Of a DNA stretch of 50,596 bases, positions 34,116 through 42,923 are shown piece by piece. The stretch's first letter is position 1. Each line of letters starts with the position of its first letter. Source of the DNA: Escherichia phage tunzivis; the sequence record MN850604.1; one strand, given 5' to 3'. Position numbers and translations under genes: made by a program. The notes beneath the pieces were generated by a model. The model was not told the origin of the DNA, ran no database searches, and saw only the letters and a list, made by a program, of their open reading frames with translations.

Positions 34116-37100
34116 ATGGCTAAATATATGATAAGCGGCAGTAAGGGCGGAAGCAAAAAGCCATACGTGCCAAAAGAGATGGAAGATAACCTGATCTCGA
34201 TAAACAAGATTAAAGTTTTGCTGGCTGTATCTGATGGCGAGTGCGATCCAGATTTCACGTTGCGCGATCTTTATCTTGATGATGTTCCGGTTATTGCCAG
34301 CGATGGCACTGTTAACTACGAGGGTGTTACTGCTGAATATCGACCAGGTACGCAGACGCAAGATTACATCCAGGGTTTTACTGACACATCAAGTGAGGTG
34401 ACAGTTGCAAGAGATATTACCGGAGACAATCCTTATGTTATTTCTGTTACAAATAAAAATCTATCTGCGGTAAGAATAAAGATCCTGATGCCAGTAGGCA
34501 TAAAACAGGAGGATAACGGCGATCTTGTTGGCGTAAGGGTTGAGTATGCCGTAGATATGGCTATTGATGGCGGTTCTTATAGCGAGGTTATGAGAGATGT
34601 AATTGACGGCAAGACAAGATCAGGATACGACCGCAGCAGAAGGATTGATCTTCCTAAGTTTGATGAGCGCGTTTTAATCCGAGTAAAGCGACTGACTCCA
34701 GACAGCACATCTTCAAAGGTAACTGATAAAATCAAGCTGCAAAGTTACGCTGAGGTTGTTGATGCAAAATTCCGTTATCCTCTGACTGGCCTTGTATTCG
34801 TAGAATTTGACAGTGAATTGTTTCCTACGCAAATCCCTAACATTTCTATAAAAAAGAAATGGAAGATTATTAATGTGCCAAGCAACTATGATCCAATATC
34901 AAGAGAATATCACGGGTCATGGGATGGGACTTTTAAAAAAGCGTGGTCAAATAATCCCGCTTGGGTTCTTTATGATCTGGTGACAAATCAGCGTTATGGA
35001 CTTGATCAGCGAGAGTTAGGAATACAGATCGACAAGTGGAGCTTATACGAGGCGGGCGTTTACTGTGATCAGAAAGTTCCAGACGGTAAGGGCGGTACTG
35101 AGCCTCGCTACCTATGCGATGTGGTGATTCAGAATCAAGTTGAGGCTTATCAGCTAATCCGTGACATTTGCTCAATCTTTCGCGGAATGAGTTTTTGGAA
35201 TGGTGAGAGCTTATCAATCGTGATTGATAAGCCACGCGATCCATCATACGTGTTTACTAATGAAAACGTCATCAACGGTGATTTTCAGTACACAACCGCA
35301 AGCGAAAAAAGCATGTACACGCAGTGTAACGTGACGTTTGACGACGAACAAAACATGTATCAGCAGGACGTAGAGGGTGTTTTTGATACTGAGGCGGCAT
35401 TACGATTTGGATACAATCCAACAAGCATTACAGCGATCGGGTGCACACGCAGGAGCGAAGCGAATCGTCGCGGTCGGTGGGTTTTGAAAACAAACCTTAG
35501 AAGCACTACTGTAAACTTTGCTACCGGACTAGAGGGGATGATTCCATCAATAGGTGATGTTATTGCTATCGCTGATAATTTTCAGAGTAGCAACCTAACG
35601 TTAAACCTATCGGGCCGAGTAATGGAAGTTTCAGGATTGCAGGTTTTCGTTCCGTTTAAGGTTGATGCTCGCCCTAGTGATTTTATTATCATCAACAAGC
35701 CGGACGGCAAGCCAGTTAAGCGCACGATCTCAAAGGTTAGCGCAGACGGAAAAACCATAGAGTTAAATATTGGATTTGGTTTTGATGTTAAGCCTGATAC
35801 TGTTTTTGCGATTGACCGTACTGATCTTGCGTTGCAGCAATACGTTGTGACAACTATCAGCAAGGGTGATGACGAAAACGAGTTTACCTATTCAATCACG
35901 GCTGTGGAGTACGATCCGAACAAATACGACGAGATTGATTATGGCGTAAACATTGATGACAGGCCGACTTCAATTGTTCAGCCTGACGTGATGGCAGCGC
36001 CTGAGAACGTTAAGATCTCATCTTATTCTCGCGTCGTGCAGGGCGTTAGCGTTGAGACTATGGTTGTTTCATGGGATAAGGTTCCTTACGCATCGCTTTA
36101 TGAAATGCAGTGGCGAAAAGGTGATGGTAACTGGCTGAATACGCCGCAGACCGCTAACAAAGAGATAGAGGTAGAAGGGATTTATTCAGGCAACTACCAA
36201 GTAAGGGTGAGATCCGTTTCTGCAAGCGGTAACACTTCCCCGTGGTCAAGGATTGCAACCGCAACCCTGACAGGTAAAGTTGGCGAGCCAGGAGCGCCGA
36301 TTAATCTTACAGCCTCTGATAATGAAGTTTTTGGCATTCGTGTTAAATGGGGTATGCCGGAAGGTTCAGGCGATACTGCCTACATTGAGCTTCACCAATC
36401 GCCAGATGGAACGGTGGAAAACTCAAGTCTTCTTACGCTGATCCCATATCCGCAATATGAGTATTGGCATAGCACTTTACCAGCGGGGCAAGTTGTATGG
36501 TATAGAATCCGCAGCGTTGACAGAATAGGCAACGTTTCAAGCTGGACTGACTTTGTTCGCGGCATGGCGTCAGATGACGTTGAATCTGTTTTGGGCGACA
36601 TTCTGGACAAGATTTTTGATACAGAAGCTGGTCAAGAAATCAAAGAGAACGCCATAGACAGTGCCAATAAAATCAAAGACCAGGCGCAATCAATCATACA
36701 GAACGCGTTGGCAAATGATGCAGATGTGAAGTGGACGCGAGTGCAAAACGGAAAGCGCAAGGCTGAATATGGTCATGCTCTTGAGCTTATCGCCAATGAA
36801 ACAGAAGCGCGCGTAACTCAAATCGAAGAGTTAAGGGCATCAATTGATGGCGAGATAACATCAAGCATCAAGACAGTGCAGGAGGCAATTGCCACTGAAT
36901 CAGAGACGCGAGCGACTCAAATTCAGCAGCTTGATTCTAAATTCACAAAAGAAATCGACGGCGTGCGCAAGGATACTTCTGCAAGCATTAGCGATGTAAG
37001 GCAGACAATCACTAACGAGTCAGAAGCGCGCGCTCAGGCCGTTCAGCAGCTTGACGCTAAGTTCACGAAAGAGATAAACGACCTTGACGGAGTTATCAAA

Positions 37101-37694
37101 ACAGAAGTCGAGGCTAACATCTCAGAAGTGAAACAGGCGATCGCCAATGAGACAGAGGCAAGGGTTCAGGCTGACCAGGCATTAACAGCACGATTTGGCG
37201 ACGTTGAATCTGCATTGGTTGAAAAGTTGGATTCTTGGGCGAGCGTTGATTCAGTTGGGGCTAAATACGCTATGAAACTTGGCCTTACTTACAAAGGCCA
37301 GCAATACAGCGCAGGAATGGTGATGCAGCTTTCGCAGGGTTCATCCGGCCTTATATCGCAAATTTTGTTTGATGCTAACAGGTTCGCCATTATGACTAGC
37401 TCTACTGGAGGGACTTTTACTTTGCCTTTCGTGGTTGAGAATAATCAGGTTTTCATTAATAGTCTTTTGGTGAAGAACGGTTCAATCACTAATGCGATGA
37501 TTGGTAATGTGATTCAGTCAAACAACTTTGTTCAAAACCAGCAAGGATGGAGGCTTGATAAAAACGGAATCTTTGAGAATTACGGATCAACGCCAGGAGA
37601 AGGAGCTACTAAATTCACCAATGAGGGATTGAAGGTAAAAGATGCAAACGGAGTATTGAGGGTTGAAGTCGGAAGGATTACCGGAAGATGGTAA
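34116..37694 (+). CDS. central tail fibre / host specificity protein (lambda gpJ-like)
   Basis: ORF 34065..37694; ATG at 34116; about 1190 aa; fibronectin-III-like segment; C-terminal tandem 35-44-aa repeats; last gene of tail operon. Confidence 0.85.
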   Translation: MAKYMISGSKGGSKKPYVPKEMEDNLISINKIKVLLAVSDGECDPDFTLRDLYLDDVPVIASDGTVNYEGVTAEYRPGTQTQDYIQGFTDTSSEVTVARDITGDNPYVISVTNKNLSAVRIKILMPVGIKQEDNGDLVGVRVEYAVDMAIDGGSYSEVMRDVIDGKTRSGYDRSRRIDLPKFDERVLIRVKRLTPDSTSSKVTDKIKLQSYAEVVDAKFRYPLTGLVFVEFDSELFPTQIPNISIKKKWKIINVPSNYDPISREYHGSWDGTFKKAWSNNPAWVLYDLVTNQRYGLDQRELGIQIDKWSLYEAGVYCDQKVPDGKGGTEPRYLCDVVIQNQVEAYQLIRDICSIFRGMSFWNGESLSIVIDKPRDPSYVFTNENVINGDFQYTTASEKSMYTQCNVTFDDEQNMYQQDVEGVFDTEAALRFGYNPTSITAIGCTRRSEANRRGRWVLKTNLRSTTVNFATGLEGMIPSIGDVIAIADNFQSSNLTLNLSGRVMEVSGLQVFVPFKVDARPSDFIIINKPDGKPVKRTISKVSADGKTIELNIGFGFDVKPDTVFAIDRTDLALQQYVVTTISKGDDENEFTYSITAVEYDPNKYDEIDYGVNIDDRPTSIVQPDVMAAPENVKISSYSRVVQGVSVETMVVSWDKVPYASLYEMQWRKGDGNWLNTPQTANKEIEVEGIYSGNYQVRVRSVSASGNTSPWSRIATATLTGKVGEPGAPINLTASDNEVFGIRVKWGMPEGSGDTAYIELHQSPDGTVENSSLLTLIPYPQYEYWHSTLPAGQVVWYRIRSVDRIGNVSSWTDFVRGMASDDVESVLGDILDKIFDTEAGQEIKENAIDSANKIKDQAQSIIQNALANDADVKWTRVQNGKRKAEYGHALELIANETEARVTQIEELRASIDGEITSSIKTVQEAIATESETRATQIQQLDSKFTKEIDGVRKDTSASISDVRQTITNESEARAQAVQQLDAKFTKEINDLDGVIKTEVEANISEVKQAIANETEARVQADQALTARFGDVESALVEKLDSWASVDSVGAKYAMKLGLTYKGQQYSAGMVMQLSQGSSGLISQILFDANRFAIMTSSTGGTFTLPFVVENNQVFINSLLVKNGSITNAMIGNVIQSNNFVQNQQGWRLDKNGIFENYGSTPGEGATKFTNEGLKVKDANGVLRVEVGRITGRW
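36788..37180 (+). repeat. in-frame tandem repeats (~105-130 bp) within J gene
   Basis: four degenerate units beginning ATCGCCAATGA(A/G)ACAGA(A/G)GC / ATCACTAACGAGTCAGAAGC, encoding I-(A/T)-N-E-(T/S)-E-A-R...QQLD(A/S)KFTKEI. Confidence 0.6.
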
Positions 37695-37724
37695 AAAAGG
37701 GGGCATAGCCCCCTTTAATTTTAA
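37695..37724. terminator. bidirectional terminator between J and the convergent leftward operon
   Basis: AAAAAAGGGGGC-ata-GCCCCCTTTAATTTT. Confidence 0.6.
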
Positions 37725-38335
37725 TCATAGTGTGATGCATTTATAACCAAAACAGATGAAGCGGTGTAAATACCAACAGGTCCAGGAGTTTGTGCAACCT
37801 GCCTAGAAAAAGAGTAGATCCCGTTACCATACGCGGCAGCTTGAGACTCAAAAATCATGAATCCACCTAAAGCCGGATTAGGAACAGAGTTTAATGCTGT
37901 CAGTGATGGCATTATGGCGCAAGGATAGCCCATGTTAACATCAAATGCGATCCCGCTTACGCCTACTTGCTTTGCATCTAGCGGCCTCATTTTTCCATGA
38001 TAAACCATTTCACCATGAGCATTATAAAACGCTATGCCGTGACTACCTGGGGGAGTAACCATATTACTAAAAGCATAAACAATAACCTCACCCTGATTAT
38101 CAGATCTATCAAGTCTTATTGCGTGCCTTCCACCATTGTTAAATTGCGTGAATGATATGTATGATTTAGCGGTCAATCTAACAAAGAAAAAACATACCCT
38201 ATCAACAGGAATTGACGAAGTAAAAACGGTTCCGGTATTAGCAGATATTACGGCCCGATCAATTAGATTAACTGGAGTGAAATCTGGACTTAACCATAAC
38301 GATCCGTCTGATTTTTTTATACTCATCCCGTACAT
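37721..38335 (-). CDS. hypothetical protein
   Basis: ORF 37721..38347 (TTG); start tentatively at ATG 38335; downstream of lipoprotein gene in same operon. Confidence 0.4.
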   Translation of the reverse strand: MYGMSIKKSDGSLWLSPDFTPVNLIDRAVISANTGTVFTSSIPVDRVCFFFVRLTAKSYISFTQFNNGGRHAIRLDRSDNQGEVIVYAFSNMVTPPGSHGIAFYNAHGEMVYHGKMRPLDAKQVGVSGIAFDVNMGYPCAIMPSLTALNSVPNPALGGFMIFESQAAAYGNGIYSFSRQVAQTPGPVGIYTASSVLVINASHYD

Positions 38336-38337
38336 TA

Positions 38338-38616
38338 TCACCCCCAAAAAGTATATATATATCTTGAATCAGATCCAGAAAGCCCACTCCATGTAACGGT
38401 GTCGCCACTCACCCCTAAGTTTGGTGCGCCAGGGTCGCCACCACGCCAGGAATTCATGCCAACATATATTGCTTTCAATGATTTACCTGGCGGCCTGTTT
38501 TGGTAAGTCTTGCTACCTGATGGCTGAGTGAATTTATCAAGGAAGAAAACAGGCGTTAAAAGTCCTGTAACTTCCCTTCCTCGATCGTCATATATTGCAT
38601 AACCATATTGCGCCAT
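38338..38616 (-). CDS. hypothetical protein
   Basis: 92-aa ORF; TAATG overlap with upstream lipoprotein gene. Confidence 0.4.
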   Translation of the reverse strand: MAQYGYAIYDDRGREVTGLLTPVFFLDKFTQPSGSKTYQNRPPGKSLKAIYVGMNSWRGGDPGAPNLGVSGDTVTWSGLSGSDSRYIYTFWG

Positions 38617-38885
38617 TAATTACACCTCAAATCAATAAATTTACTTTCATTTTGCCAACGGTTGATAAATTTAACTTCTTTATTGTCAACGCTCAACCTG
38701 TATTGCTTTTGGCTGAATCTGTTTTCGCGGACTGCATTAATTTTGACTTCATGGAATCCGTTAACAGGGAATGTTTTAACGTTAAATTTTGCCGTGCAAT
38801 CGATCTCCTTGAAGTTGCCAGTAGGCGACGCTGCGCATCCTGTCAGAGCGGCTACAGTGGCGATAACTGCGATTAACTTTTTCAT
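38616..38885 (-). CDS. lipoprotein (candidate Cor/Llp-like superinfection-exclusion protein)
   Basis: 89 aa; signal peptide with lipobox LTGC; first gene behind a motif-type promoter; near tail-fibre region as cor-type genes are in other phages. Confidence 0.5.
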   Translation of the reverse strand: MKKLIAVIATVAALTGCAASPTGNFKEIDCTAKFNVKTFPVNGFHEVKINAVRENRFSQKQYRLSVDNKEVKFINRWQNESKFIDLRCN

Positions 38886-38937
38886 CTTTATATCTCCTTA
38901 GTTGTTGTTTTCAACTATACACGATCTTGGGCATCGC

Positions 38938-38955
38938 GTTTAGCAAAAAGTGCTA
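38938..38955 (-). promoter_or_regulatory. conserved motif copy (variant TAGCACTTTTTGCTAAAC) upstream of lipoprotein operon 38885->37721
   Basis: 18-nt spacer then TATAGT; RBS AAGGAGAT. Confidence 0.5.
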
Positions 38956-39325
38956 TTTGTTATTTTTTGTTTTCCGGTGTTATCGAATTTAAGACGGCGT
39001 AAATTTAGCGCAAAATTTAGACAACATAAGATCAATAAACAATCAATAAAATAGATATATACATATAAAATCAATAGTTTATTTATTTATGTATGTATAT
39101 TTGTTTTTTCTTGTTATCTGCGTTTCTTGTGGTTTTGGTTGTTTGTGGTGATTTTTCTTTCTGAGTATCTGTATGTGCCATCATTCATGTGTATGTATAT
39201 AATCCGGCGTATCTGAGAGAACATGGTAACAAGAAAAATAACACACATTAATCATTAACTTATGAGTCAAATCTGTTTTCTTGCCATCTGAGAACGTTTA
39301 GAAAACAGAAAAAACAAAACAGCTA
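38956..39325. repeat. second AT-rich divergent control region, partly homologous to 8750..9300
   Basis: GTTTTCCGGTGTTATCGAA 38969..38987 matches 8982..8999 with one inserted T; ATCAATA repeats; TTTATTTATTTATGTATGTATAT; GT-rich TGTGGTTTTGGTTGTTTGTGGTG. Confidence 0.5.
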
Positions 39326-39353
39326 TTGACTAAATCAACCAAATGGCTACAAT
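39326..39353 (+). promoter_or_regulatory. near-consensus sigma70 promoter (TTGACT-16 nt-TACAAT), candidate early promoter for recombination operon
   Basis: TTGACT 39326..39331, TACAAT 39348..39353; 30 bp upstream of exonuclease gene. Confidence 0.6.
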
Positions 39354-39383
39354 GCACGCATAAAGCAACAAGGAGCATTAAAG

Positions 39384-40439
39384 ATGAGTGATTTTAACGC
39401 CTACACTAGCGAAGAAATGAGCAACGAGCTTTATCATGATCCTAACGCGTGGACTGCTGAATATGTCAGCGGTTCCAGCCTAGCGGAGATTTACAGCACT
39501 TGCCCGGCGTACTGGAAGTACAAGCCGCGCCAGGAAACTAAGGCACTTGTTTTCGGTACGCAGTCGCATACCAACTTTGAAAGCAAGGAGCTATTCGAAA
39601 AAACATATCGCCGCGCACCGTCGCAGGATGATTTTAAAGATCTGATCACTAGTCAAACGGCGTTAGCATCAAAGCTGAAATCTTTTGGCCTGAAAGGTAC
39701 AACGGGCAAACAATACCCTGAATTACTGGAAATGCTGTACAAGTGCGGCGAGGATCTCAATGTGTGGTGGCTTATCGAAATGATGGCAGAATGCCAGGCC
39801 GCAGCGGACGGAGTGCAGTTAATAGACGCTAAAGATTATGATGCCTGTGTAGCGATGCGGCGCGTACTTGAGGCCATACCGGAGCATAACGCTTGCATGA
39901 ACAGCCCAACCGCGCAGCGTGAAATGTCAATATTTGGGATCATCAACGGCGTAAAAGTAAAAGTGCGTCTTGATCACGTTGACGTAAACAAGGATGTAAA
40001 GGCAACAATCATTAACGGTTACGACGAAAAAGGCAGGCCGATTTATGAAGAAGTCACCTATCCAGAAGCGGTGATTATCACTGACTACAAAACAACGGTT
40101 AGCGCAAATCCGGTTGACTTCCAGCGCCTGGCTTACAATCACGGCTATTATCTTAAAATGGCTTTGCAACATGACTTATTCAAAAAGGCGTATCCAGACG
40201 AGGAAAGGCCAGTAATTGTAAGATTGCTTGCTCAAGAGAAGAAAGAGCCTTACTTGCCGCTCGCATTCCGCATGAACATTGAGCAGTTGAAGATTGGGCG
40301 TATCCAGTACATGAGCGTGATCAACAAGTTTAACGTTTGCCAGCAGTTAGATGAATGGCCTTCGTATGCAAACGGACAACCAGAAATTGATCTTGATACT
40401 CCTGATTGGGTCCGTGCTCAATTCAGGCAGTATCTGTGA
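39384..40439 (+). CDS. PD-(D/E)xK recombination exonuclease
   Basis: 351 aa; RecB-like nuclease core (LDHVDV ... VIITDYKTT); first gene after consensus sigma70 promoter; followed by Erf and SSB. Confidence 0.55.
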   Translation: MSDFNAYTSEEMSNELYHDPNAWTAEYVSGSSLAEIYSTCPAYWKYKPRQETKALVFGTQSHTNFESKELFEKTYRRAPSQDDFKDLITSQTALASKLKSFGLKGTTGKQYPELLEMLYKCGEDLNVWWLIEMMAECQAAADGVQLIDAKDYDACVAMRRVLEAIPEHNACMNSPTAQREMSIFGIINGVKVKVRLDHVDVNKDVKATIINGYDEKGRPIYEEVTYPEAVIITDYKTTVSANPVDFQRLAYNHGYYLKMALQHDLFKKAYPDEERPVIVRLLAQEKKEPYLPLAFRMNIEQLKIGRIQYMSVINKFNVCQQLDEWPSYANGQPEIDLDTPDWVRAQFRQYL

Positions 40440-40514
40440 CAAACTAAACAAATAGCTAAACTTTTATAATGGTTGGTGATATAATTCGCCAACCAGATAA
40501 CGGGAGAATGAGAA

Positions 40515-40772
40515 ATGACAGATAAAGACAATGCCACATTATTGCATTTAGAACGATTCATTGATCGAGTAACCATTGCAATGAAAGAATTTATTAAGCC
40601 GATGAACATTAAAGAGTCTGAAGAAATGAAGACTTATATCAAGGACGTGGTTGCATCCATTGACAACGTTATCCTTGTTGCAACGATGAGCAAGGGAAAC
40701 AAAGAGCGCGAGAGGTTGGTTGCTGAATCAACAGAAGAATTTATTAAAATGCTTGAAAGCGAGAAGGAATAA
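40515..40772 (+). CDS. hypothetical protein
   Basis: 85-aa ORF; RBS GGGAGAATGAGAA. Confidence 0.4.
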   Translation: MTDKDNATLLHLERFIDRVTIAMKEFIKPMNIKESEEMKTYIKDVVASIDNVILVATMSKGNKERERLVAESTEEFIKMLESEKE

Positions 40773-41429
<657 letters not shown>

Positions 41430-41434
41430 TAAAC

Positions 41435-41454
41435 GGGGCGCTTGCGCCCCTTTT
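41435..41454 (+). terminator. hairpin/T-run after erf
   Basis: GGGGCG-cttg-CGCCCC then TTTTGT. Confidence 0.5.
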
Positions 41455-41472
41455 GTCATAGGAGAAAACAAA

Positions 41473-41925
41473 ATGCACGTTATTACAGGTGAGATTCGAA
41501 AAGAGCCAAAAGTAAAGCAAATGCCTAACGGCAGCACGCTATATGTTATTGAGCTTTCCGAACGATACAAAGACCGAGAAGGAAATTGGCAGTATACAAA
41601 CTATGTGTTTTTCTTTAACGCGAAAACAGACGGCCTGAATGGTTGGTATGCTGAGGCGTTCCAGGTGGGCAAGGTTATTTCTGTTTCCTGCGATACCTTG
41701 CGAGTTGAAACGCGAGAATACAACGGAAAGATTTACAGTACCGTGCAGCCTGGCGGATTTGCAAACTTGCTATTTAGCCAGAGAGGTGAAAGCCAGCAAC
41801 AATATCAGCAGCGAACGCAAGGAGGATGGGGGCAACCACAACAGCAACAGCAACAAAATACTCAACAGCAGCCGCAGCAAAGCAATCAGCCTCCGATTGA
41901 CTTTGACGACGATATACCATTCTGA
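41473..41925 (+). CDS. ssb: single-stranded DNA-binding protein
   Basis: ORF 41422..41925; ATG 41473 after GGAGAAAACAAA; Gln-rich linker; C-terminal tip DFDDDIPF identical to the E. coli SSB acidic tail. Confidence 0.8.
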   Translation: MHVITGEIRKEPKVKQMPNGSTLYVIELSERYKDREGNWQYTNYVFFFNAKTDGLNGWYAEAFQVGKVISVSCDTLRVETREYNGKIYSTVQPGGFANLLFSQRGESQQQYQQRTQGGWGQPQQQQQQNTQQQPQQSNQPPIDFDDDIPF

Positions 41926-41930
41926 TAACA

Positions 41931-41959
41931 AAAAGCCCCGCATATGCGGGGCATTTTTT
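41931..41959. terminator. bidirectional terminator between ssb and convergent tail-fibre operon
   Basis: AAAAAGCCCCGC-atat-GCGGGGCATTTTTT. Confidence 0.65.
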
Positions 41960-42632
41960 AGTCTAACGTGGTTGGTTTGTTTACCAGTGCCGCTACAACC
42001 GCTTTTAGCTCGTCAATTTCTTTTCTCATCTCATCGTTTTCCGCTTTCAGTTTCTTAACGTGGTGAATCAGTGGAACAGTGAGGCGGTCATACATAACGC
42101 CTTCCGCCACCATGCCATTACTTGAAGCAATGGCAGGATCTTCTCCTTCTTGCAGCGGTCGCCAGTGAACGTACTCCGGCGCAATTTCTCCAACCTCTTC
42201 CGCGATTAGCCCGTACCATCCCCAATCTTTACGGTCGCTTTCACAAGTTGACCGATACCAAACAGGACGCATTTCAAGCATCAGATCCGCATATTCATCA
42301 ATAACCGATTCTACGCTGCTCTTATAACGAGAAGAGGAAGTGGAGCGTAAAACTTGCGACACTCCAGCATTTGGATCAAGCCATAAGTTTGCTGATTGAG
42401 CGGTTGTGTTAAGATTAAATAAATAAAATGCATCTTTACCAGTTAGGGGGTAAAAACTCCCACTATACCTTCCGCTACCCAACTCGGATGATAGATCAGT
42501 TTGTTTTAGATACAACTTCAACTTATTGTCAACATCAGTAGTTGATGCTTTTCCTGCAACATCCTGTTTTAGTGTTGAAACGTCATTTTTCAGCTTCGTT
42601 ATATCACTAGGTATAACAGTGACTGTAGCCAT
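41958..42632 (-). CDS. tail-fibre-associated protein (putative assembly/chaperone)
   Basis: 224 aa; coiled-coil N- and C-termini; last gene of tail-fibre operon; RBS AAGGAG. Confidence 0.35.
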   Translation of the reverse strand: MATVTVIPSDITKLKNDVSTLKQDVAGKASTTDVDNKLKLYLKQTDLSSELGSGRYSGSFYPLTGKDAFYLFNLNTTAQSANLWLDPNAGVSQVLRSTSSSRYKSSVESVIDEYADLMLEMRPVWYRSTCESDRKDWGWYGLIAEEVGEIAPEYVHWRPLQEGEDPAIASSNGMVAEGVMYDRLTVPLIHHVKKLKAENDEMRKEIDELKAVVAALVNKPTTLD

Positions 42633-42644
42633 TTTCCTAACTCC

Positions 42645-42923
42645 TTAAGCCCATTCTCTAATAGGCTGATCTAACTCAACCACGTATCCATTAAAAATTA
42701 CGGCATCAAACTTATCATCAATGATTCGCACATTAACGAAATAGCCGTCGTTCTTTCGCGCAATCTCCTCGCCATCGTCAGATCGTGCAATTACTGTATA
42801 AGTATTGCCGATTACATCGAGCAGGATTGCATCCTGAATGGATTCGTTATCATCCCAATTAATTTTTCCTAAAAAGGCCGAAAACTCGGCCTTGTCTGAA
42901 AATTTTAATGTTAAATCACGCAT
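42645..42923 (-). CDS. hypothetical protein
   Basis: ORF 42645..42968; start set to internal ATG 42923 which overlaps the tail-fibre stop (TAATG). Confidence 0.35.
   Translation of the reverse strand: MRDLTLKFSDKAEFSAFLGKINWDDNESIQDAILLDVIGNTYTVIARSDDGEEIARKNDGYFVNVRIIDDKFDAVIFNGYVVELDQPIREWA

Noticed and set aside
8750-39325. The two AT-rich regions as long terminal direct repeats
   Set aside because: Only short segments (about 20 bp and AT-rich tracts) are shared; the regions are not colinear copies, so they are better explained as related regulatory or origin modules.
41639-42058. ORF 41639..42058 (+) overlapping ssb and the bidirectional terminator
   Set aside because: Out-of-frame overlap with ssb (which has a diagnostic C-terminus) and spans a terminator hairpin; no RBS.
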